The notes: generated by a model from the letters alone, not told the origin. Positions 9,352 to 18,691 are shown, counted from the first letter of the stretch. The stretch: 64,000 nt of DNA from Steroidobacteraceae bacterium (GCA_035502275.1 DATJUN010000020.1:1821-65820); one strand, 5' to 3'. Numbers and translations are program-made.

Positions 9352-10977
9352 TCAGTGGGCCGCCTCGACGGGCGGGCGCGGCACCGATGCGGCGCCGGGG
9401 CGGGCGCTGCCGACGAGCGCCGGTCGCGGTGGCGGACGCAGCAGCATCACCAGCGGCAGCATCAGCGCCAGGCACACACCCAGCAGCCAGAAACAGTCCG
9501 AGTAGGTCATCACCATCGCCTGCTGATGGATCTGCGCGGCGAGCTGGCCAATAGCCTGCTGATGCGCGTGAGCGGCATCGCCGCCGCCCTGCGCGAACGC
9601 CGCAGCCTGCGCCGCCAGGCGCTGCTGCACCAGCTGGGAGTTGGCGTTCACGCTGGAGCGGATGGCATCGGCGTGCAGCTCGGTGCGCCGGTCGATGAAC
9701 ACGCCGAGCAGCGCGAGCCCGATCGAGCCGCCGAGGTTGCGCGCCATGTTGAACAGGCCCGCGGCATCGGCAGTGTCCTCGCGACTGACCGCGCCGACCG
9801 AGGCCTGATTGAGCGGCATGAAGGAGAGGATCTGACCGACGCCGCGCAGCAGCTGCGAGAGCACGAAGTCCCCGCCGGAGGACTGTGCCGTCAGGTGGAT
9901 GTCGATGAAGCAGCTGACCGCGAAGCACAGCAGACCGCACACCACGACGACGCGGATGTTGGCCCGGCCGATGAGGCGCGGCAGCACCGGCATCATCGCG
10001 AAGGCCGGCAGGCCCGAAAGCGCCAGCACCCAGCCGGACTGCTCGGCGTTGTATCCGGCGATGATGTTCAGAAACTGCGGCAGCACATAGAGGATGTCGT
10101 AGAGCACCATGCCGACCGACATGATGATGATGATGACGCTCGCATAGGAGCGGTTTTTCATCAGTCGCAGCTTGATGACGGGCCGGCGCGCGGTGAACTG
10201 CGCGATGCCCATGACGGTGAGCCCGAGAACGGCCGTCACCGTCAGCCACACGATGAGCGGTGACTGCAACCACTGATCACGCTGCCCGTCCTCGAGCACG
10301 ACGGTGAGCGAGGACAGCCCCAGCGACATGCCGAAGATGCCCAGCCAGTCGGCGTTGACCAGCTCGTGCAGATCGGCCTTCTGATGCGGCAGGCCGATGA
10401 GCAGCAGCGTGATCAGCGTGATCGCGACCGGCAGGTTGATGAAGAAACACCACTGCCAGGCCACGTTCTCGGTCAGCCAGCCGCCCACCACCGGCCCGAG
10501 CAGCGGACCGAGCAGCACGATCAGACCGAAGATCGTCATGCCCACCGGAATCTGATGGTACGGCAGGCGCGTGCGCACGATGGTCTGCGCCGTGGGGATG
10601 AGCGCACCGCCAAAGAAGCCCTGGCCGATGCGGCCGACGATCATCATCGGCAGGTTGTGACTGAGGCCGCAGACCATCGAGAACAGCGTGAACAGCGTCG
10701 CGCAGGTCAGCAGCAGCGTGCGCATGCCGAGCACGCGGCTGCACCAGGCCGACAGCGGAATCATCACCACTTCGCTGACGAGGTAGCCGGTGGAGATCCA
10801 GGTTCCCTCCGTGCCGGTCGCGCCGATCTCGCCCTGGATCTGCGGCAGCGCCGAGTTGACGATCGAGATGTCGAGCGAGGCGATCAGCGCGCCGAGCGCG
10901 CCGGCAAACACGGCGATCCAGTCCTGCGCGCTGGCGCGCTCGAGAGGAGGCGCGGCGATCGCATCGGGCACGCTCAC
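9352..10977 (-). CDS. MFS transporter, DHA2 (EmrB/QacA, 14-TMS) family
   Basis: 541 aa and highly hydrophobic, with LDISIVNSALPQIQGE and GRIGQGFFGGALIP motifs typical of EmrB-type pumps. 4-nt overlap with the upstream HlyD gene. Confidence 0.85.
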   Translation of the reverse strand: MSVPDAIAAPPLERASAQDWIAVFAGALGALIASLDISIVNSALPQIQGEIGATGTEGTWISTGYLVSEVVMIPLSAWCSRVLGMRTLLLTCATLFTLFSMVCGLSHNLPMMIVGRIGQGFFGGALIPTAQTIVRTRLPYHQIPVGMTIFGLIVLLGPLLGPVVGGWLTENVAWQWCFFINLPVAITLITLLLIGLPHQKADLHELVNADWLGIFGMSLGLSSLTVVLEDGQRDQWLQSPLIVWLTVTAVLGLTVMGIAQFTARRPVIKLRLMKNRSYASVIIIIMSVGMVLYDILYVLPQFLNIIAGYNAEQSGWVLALSGLPAFAMMPVLPRLIGRANIRVVVVCGLLCFAVSCFIDIHLTAQSSGGDFVLSQLLRGVGQILSFMPLNQASVGAVSREDTADAAGLFNMARNLGGSIGLALLGVFIDRRTELHADAIRSSVNANSQLVQQRLAAQAAAFAQGGGDAAHAHQQAIGQLAAQIHQQAMVMTYSDCFWLLGVCLALMLPLVMLLRPPPRPALVGSARPGAASVPRPPVEAAH

Positions 10978-12116
10978 GGGTTGGGTCCCGGGTCGGCAGG
11001 CGCCTCGCGTGGCGGCGCGGCGCGCGCGTCCGCCCGCGTATCCACCGATACCGTGACCGACAGCCCTGGCAGCAGCCGATCGACCAGGTCCGCGGGGGGC
11101 AGCAGCTGCAGTCGCACCGGCACGCGCTGCACGATCTTGATGAAATTGCCGGTGGCGTTCTCCGGCGGCAGCAGCGCAAATTGCGCGCCGGTGCCAGGGG
11201 AGAAGCTCTCGACACGCGCATCGATGAGCCGATCGCCCAGCGCATCCACGCGCACGGTTGCGCTCTGACCGATGCGCATGCGGCGGATCTGCGTCTCCTT
11301 GAAGTTCGCCACGGCGTAGACCTGGCGCACGGGCACGATGGACATCAGGCGCGTGCCCGGCTCCACGTATTCACCCAGTCGCGCGGTGTCGTCACCGACA
11401 CGGCCGGCGACACTCGCGCGCAGCAGCGTGTCGTCCAGATTGAGCTTGGCGGTGTTGACCATCGCCTGCGCGGCCTGAAGCTGGGCCCGGCTCTGCGAGA
11501 GCGAGCTCTGCATGGTGGCGAGCTGACGCTCGGCCACGCGCACCGCGGCATTGGCCGCCTGCAGTGAGGCCTGCGCCTGGTCGCGCTGATTGAGCACCTG
11601 CTCATAGCGCTCCTCGGTCTCGACGCCCTGATCGCGCAGCATGCGGTAGCGCTGCTCTTGCTCCGATGCGAACTTTGCGTTCGCCTCGGCGCCGGCGAGC
11701 TGCGCGCGATTCTGCGCCACCAGCGCCTGCTGCTGGCGGATCTGGTTGTCGGCAAAGTCGATGCCGGCGCGGCGCGCGTCCAGGTCCGCCGACTGCTGCG
11801 AGAGCGCCGCCTGGTAGTTGCGCGCATCGATGCGCAGCAGCGGCTGCCCGGCCGCCACTTTCTGGTTTTCCTGCACGTAGAGCGCCTGGACGTAGCCGCC
11901 GACCCGCGGCGCCACGGTAACGACGTCGGCGCGCAGATAGGCGTCATCGGTGCTCTCGATGAAGCGGCCGTAGACCCACCAGTGAACAGCCACGCCGATC
12001 GCCACCGCCAGGGCCAATGCGCCGAGGACCGAGAGCCCGATGCGTACGCGCGGATTACGCAGCCGGGCAGGGGCGGCTGCCGGGACGGCGGCGGAGTTGG
12101 TGGAAGCGTCGGCCAT
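10974..12116 (-). CDS. HlyD-family membrane fusion protein (EmrA-like)
   Basis: N-terminal TM helix, the TDDAYLRADVVTVAPRVGGYV motif and a long coiled-coil. Trimmed to the ATG at 12116. Confidence 0.85.
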   Translation of the reverse strand: MADASTNSAAVPAAAPARLRNPRVRIGLSVLGALALAVAIGVAVHWWVYGRFIESTDDAYLRADVVTVAPRVGGYVQALYVQENQKVAAGQPLLRIDARNYQAALSQQSADLDARRAGIDFADNQIRQQQALVAQNRAQLAGAEANAKFASEQEQRYRMLRDQGVETEERYEQVLNQRDQAQASLQAANAAVRVAERQLATMQSSLSQSRAQLQAAQAMVNTAKLNLDDTLLRASVAGRVGDDTARLGEYVEPGTRLMSIVPVRQVYAVANFKETQIRRMRIGQSATVRVDALGDRLIDARVESFSPGTGAQFALLPPENATGNFIKIVQRVPVRLQLLPPADLVDRLLPGLSVTVSVDTRADARAAPPREAPADPGPNP

Positions 12117-12201
12117 GCAAGGATTCCTGCTCGCGCTGCGAGGGCGGCAGATGTTGTCCACCTGGAAACTATGTGTCAAGTGGAATACATTTGCCGCCGT
12201 C

Positions 12202-12966
12202 ATGACCACCACGCACATCCGGGCCGGCGAGGACACGGGCTCACGCAGCAGCCCCCGGCGCCACCCACGGCGCGGAGGGTATGCGCGCGGCGAGGAGACG
12301 CGCGCACGCATCATCACGACCGCGCTGCTGGTGTTTGGCGCGCAGGGCTACGACCACGCCTCCACGCGCCAGATCGCCGCCAGCGCCGGGGTGAATCCGC
12401 CGGCACTGCAGTACTACTTCGACAGCAAGGAGGGCCTGTATCGCGCCTGCGTACAGACCATCATCGATCGCGTGTGGGAGGTGCTCGCCCCAGCGATGCA
12501 GCAGGCACAGGAGGCGCTGGCCGCCGGCTCGGACGAGGCGGCGCTCGCGGCACTGCTCGGGCTGCTCGATGCACTGGCCGATGCACTGGTGGCGGCCGGT
12601 GCCGAGAGCTGGAGCCGCTTCATCGCGCGCGGCAAGGCCGACGGCGCCGGCCCGGCAATGACCATGATGCGCGAGCGCGTCAGCACGCCACTGCGTCAGG
12701 CGCTGTGCGAGCTGATCGGCGTCATCGTGCACCGGCCGCCGCAGTCCGAGGAGGTACGCCTGCGCGCGCTGACGATCATGGGGCAGGTGAGCATGTGCCA
12801 CGCCAATCGGGAGGGCACGCTTGCCTCCCTCGGCTGGAAGCAGTTCGACGCCCGCGGCATCGCCGCCATGAAGGCCGTCGTGCGTGCTCACACCCGGGCG
12901 GCGCTGCTGGGCGCCAGGCCCGCCGTCAGCCGAGCGAGCGCACGAACGCACCGACGTCGGCGCTGA
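12202..12966 (+). CDS. TetR/AcrR family transcriptional regulator (CerR-like)
   Basis: HTH ALLVFGAQGYDHASTRQIAASAGVNPPALQYYFDSKEGLY. Divergent from the efflux operon. Trimmed to the ATG at 12202. The C-terminal roughly 15 aa are low-complexity and overlap a remnant on the other strand. Confidence 0.8.
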   Translation: MTTTHIRAGEDTGSRSSPRRHPRRGGYARGEETRARIITTALLVFGAQGYDHASTRQIAASAGVNPPALQYYFDSKEGLYRACVQTIIDRVWEVLAPAMQQAQEALAAGSDEAALAALLGLLDALADALVAAGAESWSRFIARGKADGAGPAMTMMRERVSTPLRQALCELIGVIVHRPPQSEEVRLRALTIMGQVSMCHANREGTLASLGWKQFDARGIAAMKAVVRAHTRAALLGARPAVSRASARTHRRRR

Positions 12967-13045
12967 AGCGCTCGGGTTTCTCCCAGAAGGGCATGTGGCC
13001 GGCGCCGTGGTATTGCAATCGCAGCACGCGCCGGGCACGGCTCAC
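12926..13045 (-). pseudogene. C-terminal remnant of an alpha/beta-hydrolase gene
   Basis: Manual translation gives ..VSRARRVLRLQYHGAGHMPFWEKPERFSADVGAFVRSLG*. This is the catalytic-His end motif (GAGH.P..E.PE.F) of alpha/beta hydrolases. The open frame is only about 47 codons, bounded by an upstream in-frame TAG at 13070-13072, and it overlaps the TetR 3' end. Confidence 0.4.
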
Positions 13046-13160
13046 GGCCGATGCGGCCGCGGCGTTACACTAACGCATCACGCCCCTGGAGCCAGCCGCC
13101 ACCCGTCAGCGCTCCAGCGGCACCCGCACGCCACTGGCCCGCCAACATGAGGCCCCAACC

Positions 13161-14687
13161 ATGAATGCTTCTGCCACCCAGCTCTCGAAGGTCCAGGCCA
13201 ACGCCGGCATCCGTTCGGACATCCGCCATCAGCTCTTCATCAACGGGCGCTTCGTCGATGCGCAGGACGGCCAGACGCTCACCACCGTCAATCCGCACGA
13301 CAACTCGCCGATCGCCGAGGTGGCCATGGCCGGGCGCGCCGATGTGGATCGCGCGGTCACGGCAGCGCAGTCCGCCCTGCCACGCTGGAGCCGACTGTCC
13401 CCGGCCGAGCGCGGGCGCATTCTGCTGAAGCTCGCCGATCGTATCGAGGCCAATCTCGAGGAGCTCGCGCGGCTGGAGTCGCTCGACACCGGGCATCCGC
13501 TGCGCGACTCGCGCGCGCTTGACGTGCCTCGCACCGCGGCCTGCTTCCGCTACTTCGGCGGCATCGCCGACAAGGTCGAGGGCTCGGTCATCCCGGTGGA
13601 CACCGGCTTTCTGAACTATGTGCTGCGCGAACCGCTGGGAGTCGTGGGCCAGGTCGTGCCGTGGAACTTCCCGATTCTCTTCACCAGCTGGAAGCTCGGC
13701 CCGGCGCTGGCAGCCGGCAACTGCGTGGTCATGAAGCCCGCGGAGATCACGCCGCTGACGTCGCTGAAGATCGCGGAGCTCGCCGCCGAGGCGGGCGTAC
13801 CCGAGGGCGTCGTCAACATGGTGCCCGGCCTCGGAGCCGTCGCCGGCCAGTACATCGCCGAGCATCCGGCGATCGCCAAGATCGCCTTTACCGGCTCCAC
13901 GGCCACGGGCAAGCGCATCGTTCAGGCCTCGGCGAGCAACCTCAAGAAGGTGCACCTGGAGCTCGGTGGCAAGGGTGCGAACATCGTCTTCGACGATGCC
14001 GACCTCGGTGCCGCCGTGAACGGCTCCGCCTTTGCGATCTTTCATAACCAGGGTCAGGCCTGCATCGCCGGAGCGCGGCTGATGCTGCACGAGCGCATCG
14101 CCGATGAGTTTCTGGAGCGCTTCACGGCACTGGCGCGCTCGATCCGCGTGGGCAATCCGCTCGACCCGGCGACCGAAATGGGCCCCCTCACCAGCGCGCA
14201 GCACCGCGATCGAGTCATGAGCTATGTCGCCACCGCCCGCGAGGAAGGCGGTCAGGTGCTGCTCGGCGGTCGCGCCCCGGAGGCTGCCGAGCTCTCGAAG
14301 GGCTTTTATCTCGAGCCCACCATCGTGCGGGCGCGCACGCACCGCGACCGCATCGCACAGGAGGAGGTATTTGGCCCCTTCGTCACCGTGCTGACCTTTG
14401 CCAACGACGAGGAGGCCCTGCGCATTGCCAACTCCACCGAGTACGGCCTCGGCAGCGGCCTGTGGACACGCGATATCTCCCGGGCGCATCGTTTCGCCCG
14501 CGAAATAAAGACGGGGATGGTCTGGGTGAACTGTTACAAACGCGTCCACCCTGCCTCTCCGTTCGGCGGCGTCGGTCAGTCCGGCTATGGTCGCGACATG
14601 GGCTTTGCAGCGATGGATGAATACACGCAGATGAAGTCCGTCTGGGTCAATGTGGACGCTGCGATGCCAGCCTGGTACCCGCGGTGA
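13161..14687 (+). CDS. NAD(P)-dependent aldehyde dehydrogenase (candidate 4-hydroxymuconic-semialdehyde dehydrogenase)
   Basis: ALDH family signatures: VVPWNFP, ELGGKG and FHNQGQACIAGARL with the catalytic Cys. Translationally coupled (GTGA) to the maleylacetate reductase. The substrate assignment is inference from that coupling. Confidence 0.85.
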   Translation: MNASATQLSKVQANAGIRSDIRHQLFINGRFVDAQDGQTLTTVNPHDNSPIAEVAMAGRADVDRAVTAAQSALPRWSRLSPAERGRILLKLADRIEANLEELARLESLDTGHPLRDSRALDVPRTAACFRYFGGIADKVEGSVIPVDTGFLNYVLREPLGVVGQVVPWNFPILFTSWKLGPALAAGNCVVMKPAEITPLTSLKIAELAAEAGVPEGVVNMVPGLGAVAGQYIAEHPAIAKIAFTGSTATGKRIVQASASNLKKVHLELGGKGANIVFDDADLGAAVNGSAFAIFHNQGQACIAGARLMLHERIADEFLERFTALARSIRVGNPLDPATEMGPLTSAQHRDRVMSYVATAREEGGQVLLGGRAPEAAELSKGFYLEPTIVRARTHRDRIAQEEVFGPFVTVLTFANDEEALRIANSTEYGLGSGLWTRDISRAHRFAREIKTGMVWVNCYKRVHPASPFGGVGQSGYGRDMGFAAMDEYTQMKSVWVNVDAAMPAWYPR

Positions 14688-15805
14688 GCGCCCTGCCCGC
14701 GTCTGCTGCCGCCCAGTCCGGCACGGCGGGCGCCGCCACCGCCGTGGTGCGCGAGTTCGTCTACAGCGCCCAGGCCGCCCGCGTGGTGTTCGGCGCCGGC
14801 GCGCTCGCCCGGCTGCCCGAGGAGATCGAGAGGCTTGGCGCCCGGCGCGCGCTGGTACTCGCCACGCCCGAACAGGCCGCCGATGCCGAGCGGCTCGCGC
14901 ACCAGCTCGGCGATCATGCGGCCGGTGTGTTCGCGCGCGCCGTCATGCACGTGCCCATCGAGACCGCGCGCGAGGCGCGCGAGGTGGCGCGCCGGCTGCA
15001 GGCCGACTGCGCGGTGGCGATCGGCGGAGGCTCGACCACGGGCCTCGGTAAGGCGATCGCCCTGGACTCGGGACTGCCGATTCTGGCCATCCCGACCACG
15101 TATGCCGGCTCGGAGATGACCTCGATCTATGGCCTCACCGAGGGCGGGGTCAAGCGCACCGGCAAGGATCCGCGGGTGTTGCCGCGCACCGTGATCTACG
15201 ACCCGACGCTCACGCTGACACTGCCGGTGGGACTGTCGATCACGAGCGGCCTGAACGCGATCGCCCACGCGGCCGAGGGGCTGTATGCCCGGGACGGCAA
15301 TCCCATCATGGACCTGATGGCCGAAGAGGGCATTCGCGCCATCGCCGCGGCGCTGCCGGGGATCCGGCGCGATCCGCAGGACCTGTCCGCGCGCGCGCTG
15401 GCGCTCTACGGCGCCTGGCTCTGCGGCACGGTGCTCGGGAATGTCGGCATGGCGCTGCACCACAAGCTCTGCCACACGCTCGGCGGCAGCTTCAATCTGC
15501 CGCATGCGCAAGTGCACACCGTGGTGCTGCCGCACGCCATTGCTTACAACGCCCCGGCCGCGCCCGAGGCGATGCACCGGCTCGCGCAGGCGCTGGGTGC
15601 CGAGCGCCCGGCCAGTGCGCTGTACGATCTGGCGCGCGGCAATGGCGCGCCTTATTCGCTGCGCGAGCTGGGCATGCCCGAGGGCGAGCTCGACCGCGCA
15701 GCGGACCTTGCAGTCGCCAATCCTTACTGGAATCCGCGCCCCATCGAGCGCGCCGCCATCCGCACGTTGCTGCAGCAGGCCTGGGAAGGCACCCGCCCCG
15801 CGTGA
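14684..15805 (+). CDS. Maleylacetate reductase (iron-containing alcohol dehydrogenase family)
   Basis: N-terminal FVYSAQAARVVFGAGALARLPEEIERLG pattern and GGGSTTGLGKAIA, typical of maleylacetate reductases. GTG start overlapping the ALDH stop. Confidence 0.8.
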   Translation: MSALPASAAAQSGTAGAATAVVREFVYSAQAARVVFGAGALARLPEEIERLGARRALVLATPEQAADAERLAHQLGDHAAGVFARAVMHVPIETAREAREVARRLQADCAVAIGGGSTTGLGKAIALDSGLPILAIPTTYAGSEMTSIYGLTEGGVKRTGKDPRVLPRTVIYDPTLTLTLPVGLSITSGLNAIAHAAEGLYARDGNPIMDLMAEEGIRAIAAALPGIRRDPQDLSARALALYGAWLCGTVLGNVGMALHHKLCHTLGGSFNLPHAQVHTVVLPHAIAYNAPAAPEAMHRLAQALGAERPASALYDLARGNGAPYSLRELGMPEGELDRAADLAVANPYWNPRPIERAAIRTLLQQAWEGTRPA

Positions 15806-15853
15806 AGCCAACGCCGGCGCGAGCGCCAGTTGGAGCGCCCAGGGGCACCTACG

Positions 15854-16507
15854 CTAGTGGCTGGCCGGCTCGTGCACGATGACCGTGGCGGCGGTGGGCC
15901 CGCCCCCGCCTGCCCGCGCCCCGGGTGCGAGCAGCACCGTGATGTGGGCGCCCATCTGCAGCGCGCTCTTGCCGGCGATGCGCATGAGCGTCACGCTCAC
16001 GCCGGGCGGGACTTCCACCTGGCTCTGTCCGCCCTTATAGGAGATGCGCAGCTGCTCGCCGGAACCGGCCCCCTGCGACTGCGTCACGCTGCCGCTCACC
16101 GCCTCCACATTGCCGTTGGTCATCGTCGTGGCAGGGGCGCCCATGGGATAGTGCCCTTCCCCGGTACCGCGCATGGACTCGGGAAAAATGTGGATCTCGG
16201 TCGCATGCAGCTTGCCGTCGGCACCCTGCACGGCGGTGGCGCCGATGAATTCACCGGACTTGACCTCGGCCAGGGAGGCCGAGCGCTGCGCGACGATACG
16301 CGTGGCCGCGGGCAGTGTCACGGAGACCTCGCCATGCTCGGTGGTGTTCACCAGGAGCGTCTGGCCCGAGAGTGCTTCGACGGTGCCATTGAGCGGCGGG
16401 GTGCGTCGCGCGGCGCCCGGTGGGACCGTCTGCGCAAGGGCGCCCCAGGCGACGGCGGCCGACAGCCCGCCGAGGATCATCCGCTGCAGCACCAGCGGCC
16501 GACGCAT
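15854..16507 (-). CDS. Secreted hypothetical protein with two internal beta-rich repeats (DUF5666-like)
   Basis: Signal peptide MRRPLVLQRMILGGLSAAVAWGALAQ. Internal repeat GTVEALSGQTLLV..VTLPAAT / GNVEAVSGSV..VEVPPGV. Start chosen by signal-peptide logic; alternative ATGs are at 16522 and 16561. Confidence 0.5.
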   Translation of the reverse strand: MRRPLVLQRMILGGLSAAVAWGALAQTVPPGAARRTPPLNGTVEALSGQTLLVNTTEHGEVSVTLPAATRIVAQRSASLAEVKSGEFIGATAVQGADGKLHATEIHIFPESMRGTGEGHYPMGAPATTMTNGNVEAVSGSVTQSQGAGSGEQLRISYKGGQSQVEVPPGVSVTLMRIAGKSALQMGAHITVLLAPGARAGGGGPTAATVIVHEPASH

Positions 16508-16925
16508 GATCGGCCCGGTCATCGGGCGATGCCCGGGTGAGAATCGGCTGAAGCGTGACATGGCATACCCCGGGAAGCGGCACGGTGGGTCTTTCTCCAG
16601 GCAGCATAGCACCGCGACGCAGGCGGCCCCGACTATGTAAAGCGATCTTTGCATGGCGGCCGACCCCGTCATGGCGCGGCGCGGTGCTATGATTTGGCTC
16701 GCTGAAGGGTCTCACAAAATTGTTGAGTGTCCGGACATGGGGACGCGTATAGCTCCCATATCCGGGAGCTCGCCCAGCGGGCGAACCCGGCACCGCCTTG
16801 GGTTTGCGGTGGTAGGCAAGCCCGCGATGATGTTAATGTTAAAGGTCGAGTGACTGTTTCAAGGGCTGTCTTCCGCGGGAGATGGCCGCAATCAGAATAG
16901 GCGAGAGCAATTTCAGGAGAGGGGC

Positions 16926-17330
16926 ATGACGAGATTCAAAGCAGTATGTGCCGGCGCAGTGCTGGCGGGGGTGCTGGGTGCGGCGGCAAGCGTGCCGGCG
17001 CAGGCGCATCACTCCTTTCCGGCCACCTACATGGTCGACCAGACGGTCACGATCCAGGGTACGGTGGTGCAATTCCTGTTCCGCAATCCGCACTCCTTCG
17101 TACACGTGATGGCGCCAGACCCGAAGACGAAGCAGAACGTGGTCTGGGCGGTCGAGTGGGGCGCGGGCGGTGCACTGGGCGCCGACAGCGTCAAGCAGGA
17201 CACCCTGCGTCCGGGCGACAAGGTCGTCGTCACGGGCAATCCGGCACGTGATGCCACCTCGCACCGGCTGCGCATGCGGGCAATCACGCGTCCGTCTGAC
17301 GGCTGGAAGTGGTCCGGCACGTTCGGTTGA
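16926..17330 (+). CDS. DUF6152-like secreted protein
   Basis: Signal peptide ending AQA, followed by HHSFPATYMVDQTVTIQGTVVQFLFRNPHSFVHV. This is the AHHSF...GTV...NPH pattern I associate with DUF6152. A good RBS (AGGAGAGGGG) lies upstream. Confidence 0.65.
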   Translation: MTRFKAVCAGAVLAGVLGAAASVPAQAHHSFPATYMVDQTVTIQGTVVQFLFRNPHSFVHVMAPDPKTKQNVVWAVEWGAGGALGADSVKQDTLRPGDKVVVTGNPARDATSHRLRMRAITRPSDGWKWSGTFG

Positions 17331-17346
17331 TAGAGCTGAGCTGAGA

Positions 17347-17374
17347 GACGGAGGGGTCGCAGGACCCCTCCGTC
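17347..17374 (+). terminator. Stem-loop immediately after the DUF6152-like gene
   Basis: Perfect 12-bp stem GACGGAGGGGTC / GACCCCTCCGTC with a 4-nt loop, starting 17 nt after the stop. No T-tract follows, so it is either a weak or Rho-assisted terminator or an RNA-stability element. Confidence 0.5.
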
Positions 17375-17523
17375 CAGCCCATCAGGCGCACGGATCGTTC
17401 AGGCCTGCCAAGACCTGCGACCCCGGGGATTGTGGCGCCGGCAGCGACATCGACGGCCCGATGTCCGTGGGTTAGAGGCCATGAAGGCGCGGCGGGCCGA
17501 CCATAACGATTAGCGAGGACGGG

Positions 17524-18030
17524 ATGGATCATCTGCTGCTGGCGTTGCAGAACAGCCACTTTGCCTACTGGCTGGCGCAGGGCGCGTTCCCGCCCATCAT
17601 CACCATTCATTCGGCCGGCATGGCGCTGCTCGTGGGCCTGCAGGGCATGATCAATCTGCGTGTGCTCGGCATCGGGCGCGGCGGCCTGCCGATTCCGGCG
17701 ATGCGCCGCTTCATGAAGGTCGTGTGGATCGGATTCTGGATGAACCTGTGCTCAGGGGTGCTGCTGTTCTCGATCTACCCCGACAAGTACGTCCACAACA
17801 CGCTGTTTCGCTTCAAGATCGGGTTCATCATTGCCGGCCTGCTGCTCGGCGCGGTGCTCAACAGCTCGCTGCTGAGCGTCGGAGACGAATACTCCGCCGC
17901 CGGCACGCGCGCTCCCGGTCGCGCCAAGGCACTGGCCGCGCTGTCGCTGGCCTGCTGGGTCAGCGCGATCGTGGCCGGCCGCTATCTGGCCTACAGCACC
18001 TTTGCCGACATCGGCGCTGGCGCTGGCTGA
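17524..18030 (+). CDS. Hypothetical integral membrane protein (paralog A)
   Basis: 4-5 predicted TM helices. Shares LRVLG, IGFxxNLxxG, FRxK and C-terminal AGRYLAYS motifs with the next gene. Confidence 0.6.
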   Translation: MDHLLLALQNSHFAYWLAQGAFPPIITIHSAGMALLVGLQGMINLRVLGIGRGGLPIPAMRRFMKVVWIGFWMNLCSGVLLFSIYPDKYVHNTLFRFKIGFIIAGLLLGAVLNSSLLSVGDEYSAAGTRAPGRAKALAALSLACWVSAIVAGRYLAYSTFADIGAGAG

Positions 18031-18088
18031 GACTGGCAGGCACCGACGATGACCCGATGCGAATGATGTCCAACGGAGTTCCGCCCTC

Positions 18089-18691
18089 ATGATGCATCTC
18101 GTTGCCGCTGCCGCCGCTGCCGCCACCGGCGGTTCGACCGACGCAGCCAGCACGGCCAATCTTGCTGCCCAGATGGCGGCACAGTACAAGGCCAACGTGG
18201 CGGCCTATTGGGCAGCGCATCCCTTCATGGGCTTCTGCTACAACACCAGCGTGGGCGAGTGGGTGCGCAACAGCGCCTGGGCCTTCCCGTTCCTGCAGTC
18301 CTGGCACTTCATCGGCATGACCATGCTGCTGGGCGTCGTGGGCGCCATCGACCTGCGGGTGCTGGGTGTTGCACGCGCGGTCCCCCTGGCTCCCCTGCAC
18401 CGCTTCCTGCCACTGGCCTTCATCGGCTTTTTCATCAACCTGATTACCGGTATCTGCTTCTTCTGCCATGACCCGCGCGTCTACGCGTTGAACATCAGCT
18501 TCCGCATCAAGATGCTGCTGATCATCATCGCGGGACTGAACGCACTGTGGTTCCGGCTCGGCGTGTTTCTGGACCTGGAGCGCTGGGGACCCGGCATCGA
18601 GGCGTCGCGCCTCGCCAAGGTCATCTCCGCGCTGTCGATCCTCATCTGGCTGGCCGTGATCACCGCCGGCCGCTATATCGCCTTCACCTGA
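18089..18691 (+). CDS. Hypothetical integral membrane protein (paralog B)
   Basis: Same motif set as 17524-18030 (DLRVLGV, FIGFFINLITG, SFRIK, AGRYIAFT), with an extra Ala-rich N-terminal extension. Confidence 0.6.
   Translation: MMHLVAAAAAAATGGSTDAASTANLAAQMAAQYKANVAAYWAAHPFMGFCYNTSVGEWVRNSAWAFPFLQSWHFIGMTMLLGVVGAIDLRVLGVARAVPLAPLHRFLPLAFIGFFINLITGICFFCHDPRVYALNISFRIKMLLIIIAGLNALWFRLGVFLDLERWGPGIEASRLAKVISALSILIWLAVITAGRYIAFT

Noticed and set aside
9344-10273. N-terminal extension that makes the outer-membrane-factor ORF 804 aa.
   Set aside because: The extension overlaps the EmrB-type MFS gene in another frame and is Arg/Ala/Pro junk. A lipoprotein signal with a lipobox begins right after the ATG at 9343.
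12117-12201. Possible TetR operator in the divergent efflux/TetR promoter region (TGTCCACCTGGAA ... CAAGTGGAATACA).
   Set aside because: I found only imperfect, short partial symmetry and could not define a convincing palindrome by eye.
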